A program made the position numbers and the translations under genes. The notes below the pieces were generated by a model. That model saw nothing but the letters and a program-made list of their open reading frames with translations. It did not search any database and was not told where the DNA came from. Below, one piece after another: positions 37,796 through 46,286 of a stretch of 64,000 bases of DNA (the first letter of the stretch is position 1; each line of letters begins with the position of its first letter). The DNA is from Bacteroidales bacterium (lineage in GTDB: Bacteria > Bacteroidota > Bacteroidia > Bacteroidales > JAUNSR01). Location of the stretch: assembly GCA_036655355.1 (NCBI GenBank), contig JAVVQG010000001.1, forward strand, positions 280,045-344,044, given 5' to 3'.

Positions 37796-38662
37796 ATGGA
37801 ACTTGATTCTAAAACCAAAGAGAAATTTTTAAGATTCCAAAAGAACGAAATTACCGAATGCAACGTCTACACCCGGTTGGCTTCGGTAGAAAAAGACCCT
37901 TCGAACAGAGACTTGCTGAATCAGATTGCTGCCGATGAGGGGCGTCATTACCAAATTTTCAAGAGTCATACCGGAGTAGATGTCGCTCCAGACAACCGAC
38001 GCATCCGGTTTTACTACCTGCTATCGCGAACTTTCGGTACCACGTTTGCACTAAAATTGATGGAATCGGGCGAAGATCGTGCAAAAAGCAACTACCTTCC
38101 CTATCAACACCTTCAGGATATTGAGAAGGTTGCACGCGATGAGGAACAGCATGAGAAAGATTTGATCGGAATGATCAATGAAGAGCGATTGGGTTATATG
38201 GGTTCTGTCGTTTTAGGACTGAATGATGCATTGGTGGAATTCACAGGAGCTTTGGCCGGATTTACCCTGGCCCTAAGCGATTCTAAACTGATTGCATTAA
38301 CCGGAAGCATCACCGGTATAGCTGCGGCGCTCTCGATGGCATCTTCCGAATACCTCTCCACCAAATCGGATCCGTCAAAAGAGAAACATCCCGTTAAAGC
38401 CGCTCTCTATACGGGTATCGCTTACCTCATCACCGTTTGTGCACTGGTTGCGCCGTTTATCATTTTTTCAAATGTATTAATCGCCCTGGGTGTGATGTTG
38501 GCAATGGCTTTATTGATTATCGCGGTATTCAACTTCTATTATGCCGTTGCACGAGGGGAAAGTTTCAAAAAACGATTCGCCGAAATGAGTATTTTGAGTT
38601 TTTCAGTGGCTGCAGTCAGCTTTCTGATTGGTTTTGGATTAAAAAAGATTACCGGATTATAG
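37796..38662 (+). CDS. VIT1/CCC1-family iron/manganese transporter with an N-terminal ferritin/rubrerythrin-like domain
   Basis: EGRHY and EEQHE di-iron-type helices at the N-terminus. A C-terminal VIT1 membrane domain follows (GSVVLGLNDALVEFTGALAG). Confidence 0.8.
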   Translation: MELDSKTKEKFLRFQKNEITECNVYTRLASVEKDPSNRDLLNQIAADEGRHYQIFKSHTGVDVAPDNRRIRFYYLLSRTFGTTFALKLMESGEDRAKSNYLPYQHLQDIEKVARDEEQHEKDLIGMINEERLGYMGSVVLGLNDALVEFTGALAGFTLALSDSKLIALTGSITGIAAALSMASSEYLSTKSDPSKEKHPVKAALYTGIAYLITVCALVAPFIIFSNVLIALGVMLAMALLIIAVFNFYYAVARGESFKKRFAEMSILSFSVAAVSFLIGFGLKKITGL

Positions 38663-38746
38663 CACCAAACCTCCATTCTGACCCACCAATATCCCTCCAC
38701 ACTACTGTATAAGGATCGCGGGATCCTGCAAAACAGTAATTTCACG

Positions 38747-38826
38747 GCCGGGAAACAAGCCTTCGTCACCCGATAAATAAGCTTTCGTCCGCCGGGAAAT
38801 AAGCCTTCGTCCGCCGGGAAATCCCC
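38747..38826. repeat. 22-bp tandem direct repeat, about 3.6 units
   Basis: Units are CCGGGAAACAAGCCTTCGTCAC, CCGATAAATAAGCTTTCGTCCG, CCGGGAAATAAGCCTTCGTCCG and a partial CCGGGAAATCCCCG. Confidence 0.85.
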
Positions 38827-38957
38827 GTTTTACCCTATCCCGACAGAATCGGGTCGTATCCCGATCCGTTTTTGAGGTTCAAAAAGAACCAATCGCTGTA
38901 GAAAGTGTTTTATTTTAAATAGAACACAAGGTATCCTTGTACTAATTTCGAACCGAA

Positions 38958-39161
38958 ATGCAAATAGGATTATTAATTTGGGCGATCATCCTCTTGATAT
39001 TATTTGGATCATTTGAAATAATTGGAATCCTTATCATCGCATTGGTAACAATGTTGTTTACACTGGGTTATGAAGAAACAAAAAAGAAATTCCTGGTTAC
39101 TCTTATAGGTAGTATCGTAATGATATTATATCTACTAATTATAGTTGCAATCGAAAAATAA
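38958..39161 (+). CDS. small hydrophobic protein (2-3 TM), hypothetical
   Basis: 67-aa ORF that is AT-rich and is followed 18 nt later by a strong terminator. No family was recognised. Confidence 0.4.
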   Translation: MQIGLLIWAIILLILFGSFEIIGILIIALVTMLFTLGYEETKKKFLVTLIGSIVMILYLLIIVAIEK

Positions 39162-39179
39162 GAGATTTTCGATTACAAC

Positions 39180-39216
39180 AAAAAAAACGTCCAATATCAA
39201 ACTATTGGACGTTTTT
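39180..39216. terminator. bidirectional intrinsic terminator
   Basis: Arms ACGTCCAATA (39187-39196) and TATTGGACGT (39203-39212), flanked by A7 and T5. Confidence 0.8.
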
Positions 39217-39233
39217 AAGTTAAAATACGGCTC

Positions 39234-41360
39234 TTAATCAATCAACTCTTTGATTTTCTCACCCCAAATTTCATAGCCTTTGTCTGAAAGGTGTATGTAA
39301 TCCGAGCTATAAGTGCCGGGGGTTATCGTTCCCTCAGCATCGGTAAACCAAGAGGTAGGGTTTATATATTCTATTCCCTTAAAATTGTGTTTTGCAAGTA
39401 TTGAGTGTATCGTATCGCATTTTATGCGAATAGCATTGTTTTTTTCTTTCCCCGAAGGAAGTAAACCCATCAGTATGATTCGTTTATCCGGGAATTGGGT
39501 TCGAGCTTCATCGGCTACCGCGATTAAACCGGCTGCAACATCTTCAGGCTTATCGTTTTCAGCAATCAGGTTATTTATTCCGATGGAAATAATCACATTC
39601 TCCGGATCACAGGCCGTGTAATTGCCATAACGGAGACGCCACAACAGATTTTGAACGCGATCCCCGGAGATACCCGCACTTTCCCACTGCGCTTCGCCCA
39701 ATAAGCGATCCATGATCTGTTTTCCGGGTTTATAGGTGACTAAATTCCGTTGACCACCCCAACCCTGCGTAATCGAATTACCTAACAATAAGACTTTCAA
39801 CTTTCTATCTTTCAATGTCGCAGTGATATCCTCCGCTACGGAATGCCACTCGTGACCCTCTTTCCAACCCGCTCCGGAACGATATTCATTGCCGGGCGAC
39901 GCTGTCAGACAGAGGTTACGGTGCATTCCCGTAGCTGAAAGGATAAATTGAGAGATTGGTTTAGGGTTGTTTAATGAATGGGGATGATGTCCGATTTCGG
40001 GTTTATGGATAACCGTTATCGGTTGATCTAATTCTTTCATTCGAGATTCGAAAACAGACGTATTTTCATCTAAAGGAACGATGTCGTCTTTATCGCCCAC
40101 CACATGAAGAATGGGGATTTTCCTTTTTGCGATGCGTTTCGCACAATCAATTGGATTCTTATCCCAACTTAGGGCCTCTTGCTCATTTTTAAAACCGTAA
40201 GCTTTGAGAAGGTTCTCGGTATCACGGGAGGATCCGGCGGATTTTCCTTTTCCCATCGGCCAGCTTTTAAAATCCATAACCGGAGCATCGGCATAGATAC
40301 ACGCCACTTTCTCAGGATTTTGAGCAGCCCAGTTATACACGATTAGTCCTCCACGACTCATCCCCTCAAGTACGACTTTTTTATGAAAACCGGCCTTTCT
40401 CATCTTTTTATAGATGCTATTCCATCTCCCGATCGCTTCTTGCGATCCATACAAGTCAGCTACATCACAATACACCAGATGAAAACCATTTTCTAATAAT
40501 TCGATATCGGTTTGAGGTTCATGTCCCCAAAAGCGGGCACGGATCAGCCATGGCTTTCCTGCCGCTTCTGATTTAGGTTGGACGATAAAACAAGTAGTTC
40601 CTTTATCAATGAATTCATAACCTTGGTATCCGTGAAAATTAAATTCAGACACATTGCTATTTCCAAGTATTGATTTTAGGCTTGTTGATTGTTTGGCGGT
40701 TAGGAGCTCCGGGGCGGTTAGGTATTTGAAGATTTTTTCTGCGATAACTCCTGCGCCGATTGAAGAGGGATGCAATTTATCCGGCATAAGATGCTGTTGC
40801 CATTGATCTCCATATACGTTGAACAGATTGATTATTTCCAACTCGTTATCGTATGCGATTTTCTCAACCCACGGACGTAGCGTATTGGCAATAAGGAGGG
40901 ATTTGATTTCAGCCTCATCCGGTAGAAAACAACGAACGGGAGTCAGCAGAATGATGCGTGGATTGGACGACAAAGCTTTGAATTCGGCTATCATTTTCTG
41001 ATAATCGCCAATGAATTCATCTTTGTATTTCCAGTTTTGTGGTTTGGTATCGTTCGTACCCAGTTTGATTAAAACAACATCCGGCTGAAAGTTGAGAGCT
41101 TCTTGCCAGGCCGTTGTCTTTCTATAAGGACGGTCACCGTTTGATAGCAAAGTGCTACCACTTACCCCGAAATTGCGTACTTCATATTTTTCCCCCAAGA
41201 AAGCCTGCAATTGAGCGGGATAGCTATTTTTTTGAATATTAGCGATACCGGCTCCATAGGTTATACTGTTTCCGACACAAGCTATGCGTATGGTTTTCTC
41301 AGCATACGTATAGCTTGTGACTTGCAGGAGTAAAAGGAATTGGAATAGTAATTTTTTCAT
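39234..41360 (-). CDS. exported three-module carbohydrate esterase: SGNH, alpha/beta-hydrolase, SGNH
   Basis: Signal peptide present. Module 1 has IACVGNSITYG. The middle module has a GMSRGG nucleophile elbow and HVVGDKDD. Module 3 has LLLGNSITQGWGG and DYIHLS. Confidence 0.75.
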   Translation of the reverse strand: MKKLLFQFLLLLQVTSYTYAEKTIRIACVGNSITYGAGIANIQKNSYPAQLQAFLGEKYEVRNFGVSGSTLLSNGDRPYRKTTAWQEALNFQPDVVLIKLGTNDTKPQNWKYKDEFIGDYQKMIAEFKALSSNPRIILLTPVRCFLPDEAEIKSLLIANTLRPWVEKIAYDNELEIINLFNVYGDQWQQHLMPDKLHPSSIGAGVIAEKIFKYLTAPELLTAKQSTSLKSILGNSNVSEFNFHGYQGYEFIDKGTTCFIVQPKSEAAGKPWLIRARFWGHEPQTDIELLENGFHLVYCDVADLYGSQEAIGRWNSIYKKMRKAGFHKKVVLEGMSRGGLIVYNWAAQNPEKVACIYADAPVMDFKSWPMGKGKSAGSSRDTENLLKAYGFKNEQEALSWDKNPIDCAKRIAKRKIPILHVVGDKDDIVPLDENTSVFESRMKELDQPITVIHKPEIGHHPHSLNNPKPISQFILSATGMHRNLCLTASPGNEYRSGAGWKEGHEWHSVAEDITATLKDRKLKVLLLGNSITQGWGGQRNLVTYKPGKQIMDRLLGEAQWESAGISGDRVQNLLWRLRYGNYTACDPENVIISIGINNLIAENDKPEDVAAGLIAVADEARTQFPDKRIILMGLLPSGKEKNNAIRIKCDTIHSILAKHNFKGIEYINPTSWFTDAEGTITPGTYSSDYIHLSDKGYEIWGEKIKELID

Positions 41361-41464
41361 TTTTCTTTAAAATAAGATATCTGTGAATGATGCCACAAAT
41401 ATGTTCTATTCTAAAGAAAAACAATTCCGCTATTGTCCTATTTTACTCCGCTATCATCCCAATA

Positions 41465-44400
41465 TCAACTATTTACCGAATTCTGCTTTCTATACTGGGT
41501 TGGAGTTACGCCTTTAACCTGTTTAAAAAGCGTACTGAAATATTTCGGGTATTCAAAACCCACCGTTGTAGAAATCTCCGTAATTGTAAGATCTGAGGTT
41601 ACAAGCATTTCAGCACCCTTTTCAATTCGTAGGCGATTGATATAATCGTTAACGCCCAAATTGGTGAGTGCTTTTAATTTTGCATAAAGAGGAGTTCTGC
41701 TGATGTGCATCTGCTCAGTCAGAAATTTGATATCAAGCGTATTCGTTGACATATTGTCAAAAATAAGTTGATTCAGCTTGGACAGAAACTCTTCATCTTT
41801 GTTGGTTACCGAAACCGACGTACGGTCTGTCAAACGCACGAATGCATCTCGATATTTTTGTTTTAAAAGCTCGCGATTAGATAACAGCGTATGCATCGTT
41901 ACTTCCAGAAAATCCAGATCAAACGGTTTAGGTATAAACGCATCCGCCCCTAACCTGAATCCGTTAATATTACTCTGCACGTCTCCCCTTGCCGTAAGTA
42001 AAAGTACGGGGATATGCGATGTAACCGGATCGGTCTTTAATCGATGACATAATTCATAGCCGTCCATGGCTGGCATCATGATGTCACTGATTACAATATC
42101 CGGCATCTTTTTTCTAATTAATTCTAACGCTTCCGCACCATTCGAAGCGATAGAAACCTCTTTGTAGTTCTTCGACAAAACTTCAAAAAGGAACAAGCGT
42201 AAATCTTCATTATCTTCTGCGATCAGAACGGTTCGGTCATTTGTAGAAACCATTGATTCCTCTTTGTACCCTTCTGAAAACAAGTTGTCGGAGGTAAATA
42301 AAGCGTATTCTTCCGAGATTCGTTCATCTTTCGGCACATTGATCGCATTCACATCAAGCGTCATGTTGATGATCGCTTTCATCCGATTGGCTGACTTGTG
42401 TATGCCGACAAGGTGTTTTTTGAGATATTCCATATCCTCATTCAGAGGCGAATCGCCGTCGAATTTCTCAATCATCCTTTTTAAGGGCGTATAAATTAAC
42501 GTAAGCGGTGTACGAAGTTCATGACTGACATTAATCAGGAAATTGATTTTCTCTTGATTCGCCATTTGTAAAACTTCATTCATTTCTCGCTTTTGCAATT
42601 GCTCTTTTCTTCGCAGTATAAACAGTACAATTGCTATAACAAGCGTAGCGATTAACACGAAAAGCGTTATTTTAGTATGGGTTCGGAGGTACCAAGGGGG
42701 TAAAATATGCATCTCGACGATCTTTTCCGGTGAACTCCAATCGCCATTCACGGTAAAGCAAGAAAGATAGATCGTATAATTCCCGGGAGAAAGCATATTC
42801 AGCGTCAAGGTAGAATTATAGGACTCGATATCCCTGTTATTTTCGCCGGGCAACATCTCTTTCACAACCGTATAACGATATAACTTCTTCCGAAAAACAT
42901 CTTTATCAATAGCGGAAACCTTTATTTTCAATACGTTATAGTCCCAAGGCAAAGAGATCGATGCAAAACCGTTCTCTTTATATTCTTTCGAGTTCAAAAC
43001 CGTAATGCCATCCACCTCGATGTCGTTCAACCTCAGTTCCGTTTCTTTCTCATGCATGGTCTGTATAGACTTATCTATCTGGATCAGTCCCTCTACACCG
43101 GCCAGATAGAGAGCGGGCAAATCTTTTGACCAGATATAGGCATCCGTAACTTCATTATGAGAAAACCCGTCCGCCTCTTCCCAAATCTGGAATCTTTCGT
43201 TGTGTTTGTTGTAAGAAAAAAGCATATTACGGGCCCCAATCCACAAAATGGAATCAGCAACCGGAACAATTGCAGTAACACGATCGAAAAGATTGGTCGT
43301 CAGCTTAGCGTACCTCTTTCGACTCGGATCAAAAAAGCGCAATCCCTGATCTGTTCCGACCCAAAAGAGGCCGTCATTGTCTTTATTCACTGTTTGAATG
43401 ATCTCGCCATCTTCGATTTTATAAAAGGAGGATATGGTGTTTGTCGCGAAATTTAACCGCATAATCTGTTTTTCGCCCCAAAGGAAGCATCCCTCGCGAT
43501 CCACATGAATTACCTTCAGGGATAGTAAGGGATCGGTTACGCCCTCTATTTTCAAATAGAGGCGCGCTTTCGTCTGAATATCATAAATGAAAGGGGTATT
43601 CGTTATTGCCAGTAGCCGATTTGAACCTAGTTGGTACAGCCGGTTCGGTGTTTCGGAGATGTCAAAAGGTGAGACACTCCCGTTGGTTTTATTGAATTTA
43701 AATAACCCTTTCCCATAAAACAGAACCAGCAATTCCCGAGGGGAGTACTCTGCAATGGATATAACCTTCTCATTGTCAGTGGAAGCAAAGTGTTTAAACT
43801 TCTTTGTTCGGGGATTAAAACAATTGAGACCGCCCCCCTCGGTCCCGATCCAGATATTCCCTTCCGAACCAAGATAAAGTGAACTTATCGTTTTATTACT
43901 TACCCCGTAATTACTCCCAAAAGGCACATTCTTATAGGTTTGGATAGATACTTCCTTAATTTCGAACAATCCGACTTTAATGCTTCCGGCCCAGATATTT
44001 CCCTCCACATCTTTATAAAGAGAACCGATGGAGTTGGTCGGGATTGAGTTCTCATCGCCGGATACATGTTGGATATTGGTTATCGAGCGTGGATTTTCGA
44101 GATTCAATATACTGACACCTCCACCATCGGTTGCCAACCAAATGTTCCCATCTTTTTCGACCATATCCAAAATGATGTTGTAGGCGAGGTCAGAATTCTC
44201 GGAGGTCAAATGATGCTTCTGATCGCCATTCTTGTCAAAAATATAGAGTCCGTCATTAAATACAGACACATACATATTTTTTGCTTCATCCAAGTAAAAC
44301 GCCAGAATATTTCGGAGCGGTAAGGAGAATGGTAATTTCGAAATTGCACCGGTAGTAGCGTGATAAAGCCTGATCTGCGCATTGGCATATACCAAGATGT

Positions 44401-44968
44401 AGCTATCCGAATCCCATTTGCTTATGTGAACCACCTTTGAGGAAGCAAGTTCTGAATCGTCAATCGGAAGGTGTTGAAAAGAGGAATCGTTATAGTTGTA
44501 TCGATATAAAGCATTCGTGCCACCGAATAACACTCCGTCGGGGATCAGAGAAGTAGCATACACTTTGATGTTGTTTCCGGAAACAGGGGAAGTAAAACGA
44601 TCTGTCGCTTGGTCATATTTAACAAGTCCCCCCATTGTTGAAACCCAGATGGTATTTTGAGCATCCTGTGTGAGAAATAAGATGTAATTTCCGGAGAGCG
44701 AAAAAGGATCGTTCGCTTTATGGAAATAGTTTTTCATTTCATACCCGTCATAACGGTTCAAACCAAATCCGGTTCCGATCCACAGCTCTCCGTTCTCCGT
44801 TAAAAGCGTAGAGGTGACCGTAGTATGGGATAATTGTTTCTCAACATTAAACTTCCGATAATAATAATCATTACCCGCATAAAGGTGCGGAACCAAACAA
44901 GAGGAAACAAACACAAAAAGCATTTTCAATACAAATTGAAAACGTTTAGAGGAGAATTTAGTAAGCAT
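41465..44968 (-). CDS. hybrid two-component system regulator (propeller/Y_Y_Y sensor, TM, HisKA, REC, AraC HTH) lacking the HATPase_c domain
   Basis: Periplasmic two-propeller repeats (IWVGT, LWIAT and similar), a TM helix, the H-box NVSHELRTPL, a REC domain (VLIAEDNEDL...ISDIMMPAMDG) and an AraC HTH at the C-terminus. Only about 97 aa separate the H-box His from the REC domain. Confidence 0.8.
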   Translation of the reverse strand: MLTKFSSKRFQFVLKMLFVFVSSCLVPHLYAGNDYYYRKFNVEKQLSHTTVTSTLLTENGELWIGTGFGLNRYDGYEMKNYFHKANDPFSLSGNYILFLTQDAQNTIWVSTMGGLVKYDQATDRFTSPVSGNNIKVYATSLIPDGVLFGGTNALYRYNYNDSSFQHLPIDDSELASSKVVHISKWDSDSYILVYANAQIRLYHATTGAISKLPFSLPLRNILAFYLDEAKNMYVSVFNDGLYIFDKNGDQKHHLTSENSDLAYNIILDMVEKDGNIWLATDGGGVSILNLENPRSITNIQHVSGDENSIPTNSIGSLYKDVEGNIWAGSIKVGLFEIKEVSIQTYKNVPFGSNYGVSNKTISSLYLGSEGNIWIGTEGGGLNCFNPRTKKFKHFASTDNEKVISIAEYSPRELLVLFYGKGLFKFNKTNGSVSPFDISETPNRLYQLGSNRLLAITNTPFIYDIQTKARLYLKIEGVTDPLLSLKVIHVDREGCFLWGEKQIMRLNFATNTISSFYKIEDGEIIQTVNKDNDGLFWVGTDQGLRFFDPSRKRYAKLTTNLFDRVTAIVPVADSILWIGARNMLFSYNKHNERFQIWEEADGFSHNEVTDAYIWSKDLPALYLAGVEGLIQIDKSIQTMHEKETELRLNDIEVDGITVLNSKEYKENGFASISLPWDYNVLKIKVSAIDKDVFRKKLYRYTVVKEMLPGENNRDIESYNSTLTLNMLSPGNYTIYLSCFTVNGDWSSPEKIVEMHILPPWYLRTHTKITLFVLIATLVIAIVLFILRRKEQLQKREMNEVLQMANQEKINFLINVSHELRTPLTLIYTPLKRMIEKFDGDSPLNEDMEYLKKHLVGIHKSANRMKAIINMTLDVNAINVPKDERISEEYALFTSDNLFSEGYKEESMVSTNDRTVLIAEDNEDLRLFLFEVLSKNYKEVSIASNGAEALELIRKKMPDIVISDIMMPAMDGYELCHRLKTDPVTSHIPVLLLTARGDVQSNINGFRLGADAFIPKPFDLDFLEVTMHTLLSNRELLKQKYRDAFVRLTDRTSVSVTNKDEEFLSKLNQLIFDNMSTNTLDIKFLTEQMHISRTPLYAKLKALTNLGVNDYINRLRIEKGAEMLVTSDLTITEISTTVGFEYPKYFSTLFKQVKGVTPTQYRKQNSVNS

Positions 44969-45338
44969 ATGCTATGAATTCGACGGTATTAAATTTGTCT
45001 GCGAATGTAGCATTTTTAATGATTCTGAAATCGCTCTTAACCCTTAAATCATTTTCAGATCCACCGGATAATGAATTTAATACTCTTTGATAAATTGGAA
45101 TTTATTTAATCTTACCTATGGTCTCATGAAAAGATGGCACTGCTTTCTTACTATTTCGTTTTCTAAATCAAGTTTTCGTATTTTTTCTTTTAAATCATTG
45201 TCAATATAATGTTAGTAACATTATATTTCTTCTCGGTATATTAGGACAACTTCTTATTTGTCGAGTAGGCTATTAACTTATCCTTCCAACTGGAATCATT
45301 TACAGAATGAGGGAAAGGGGTGCTTCAGCGTACTTAGG

Positions 45339-45584
45339 TTAGTATTCCTGCTCTCTCATAAACTCGTCCGCCACATATAAATTGCCATATAGGTATAATC
45401 CTGTACCCTTATCATGTAAATCCGCACAGGTTTTACTAGCATAAAATAATTCCAAGGCTCTCTCTGGATCGATATTTAGCCGTTTTGCTAATTCTGCAGA
45501 GATCTGTCCGATACGATTACTTATTATCATTTCCTGGATTTCCGGGGATTCGACCGGGTCATTCTGCTGATTCTGTTCCATCAT
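45339..45584 (-). CDS. small helical protein, DUF3791-like third gene of the triad
   Basis: 81-aa ORF with the HTH-like segment IGQISAELAKRLNIDPERALELFYASKT. It overlaps the upstream gene by 26 nt. Confidence 0.55.
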   Translation of the reverse strand: MMEQNQQNDPVESPEIQEMIISNRIGQISAELAKRLNIDPERALELFYASKTCADLHDKGTGLYLYGNLYVADEFMREQEY

Positions 45585-46050
45585 AAATAAGATATTTATC
45601 AGTCAACGTTTGGTTTAATAAACAGATCTGGTTATTGGGCCGATGCATGGAAAGACGTTTTAGTGCAATGTCGGCACTCATCAACCCCGACATATATAGA
45701 TTGATGGTATCAATCACACGATCATTAGCGATGCCACCTTCAATATAATCATAATCAGCTGATGGATTCTGCCCTTTCCGGCTACCAACTATAAACTCAA
45801 GCCAATCAGCATCGTATGCATTGAATATTTTACATCTCCCCTCTTTAAATAGGGCTTCTTTCTCAAGGATATAACAGTTGATAACGGGAATTCCCTTTCT
45901 TTTTTGTGCGGTAAGGCTTGCCCATTTTATAGCCTGGTCTTTTATGTCTGTAACATAGAAGCCTGGTCCGAAGTCAAGATTGTTGCGACCAAAAGCGCAG
46001 ATTGGATTTTCTACTGTTTCAGTGGCTCCATGATATACCTTGATTTTCAT
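45559..46050 (-). CDS. DUF3990-like protein with ADP-ribosyltransferase-like motifs
   Basis: MKIKVYHGA...DFGPGFYVTD...DYIEGGIANDRV. The start was set at the ATG that forms an ATGA overlap with the upstream stop. Confidence 0.6.
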   Translation of the reverse strand: MKIKVYHGATETVENPICAFGRNNLDFGPGFYVTDIKDQAIKWASLTAQKRKGIPVINCYILEKEALFKEGRCKIFNAYDADWLEFIVGSRKGQNPSADYDYIEGGIANDRVIDTINLYMSGLMSADIALKRLSMHRPNNQICLLNQTLTDKYLIYDGTESAE

Positions 46051-46286
46051 AGCTTCCCCTCCCAAGTTGTCAGACATTCTATCATGTTGTTTGTGACATT
46101 TTCTCGGCTTTCAATATGAAGCATCTCATAATTTGGCCATATATAATTACGAATCATTCCTACATGTTTCATTCGCTCAAATATTTCCTGATAAGGTTTA
46201 CCCAATGCACGGGCTGTCCCTTCGATGCAAGAAGCGACAAAGGCCAATTTAATTTCTGTTTGAGATAACTCTATCAATTGTTCCAT
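46047..46286 (-). CDS. DUF3791-like small helical protein
   Basis: 79-aa ORF. The segments FVASCIEGTARALGKPYQEIFERM and NYIWPNYEMLHIESRENV match my recollection of DUF3791. Confidence 0.55.
   Translation of the reverse strand: MEQLIELSQTEIKLAFVASCIEGTARALGKPYQEIFERMKHVGMIRNYIWPNYEMLHIESRENVTNNMIECLTTWEGKL

Noticed and set aside
38747-38826. Reading the 22-bp tandem repeats (also those at 46958-47101) as a CRISPR array.
   Set aside because: The units are directly adjacent with no spacers, are shorter than CRISPR repeats and are degenerate. No cas genes are in the window.
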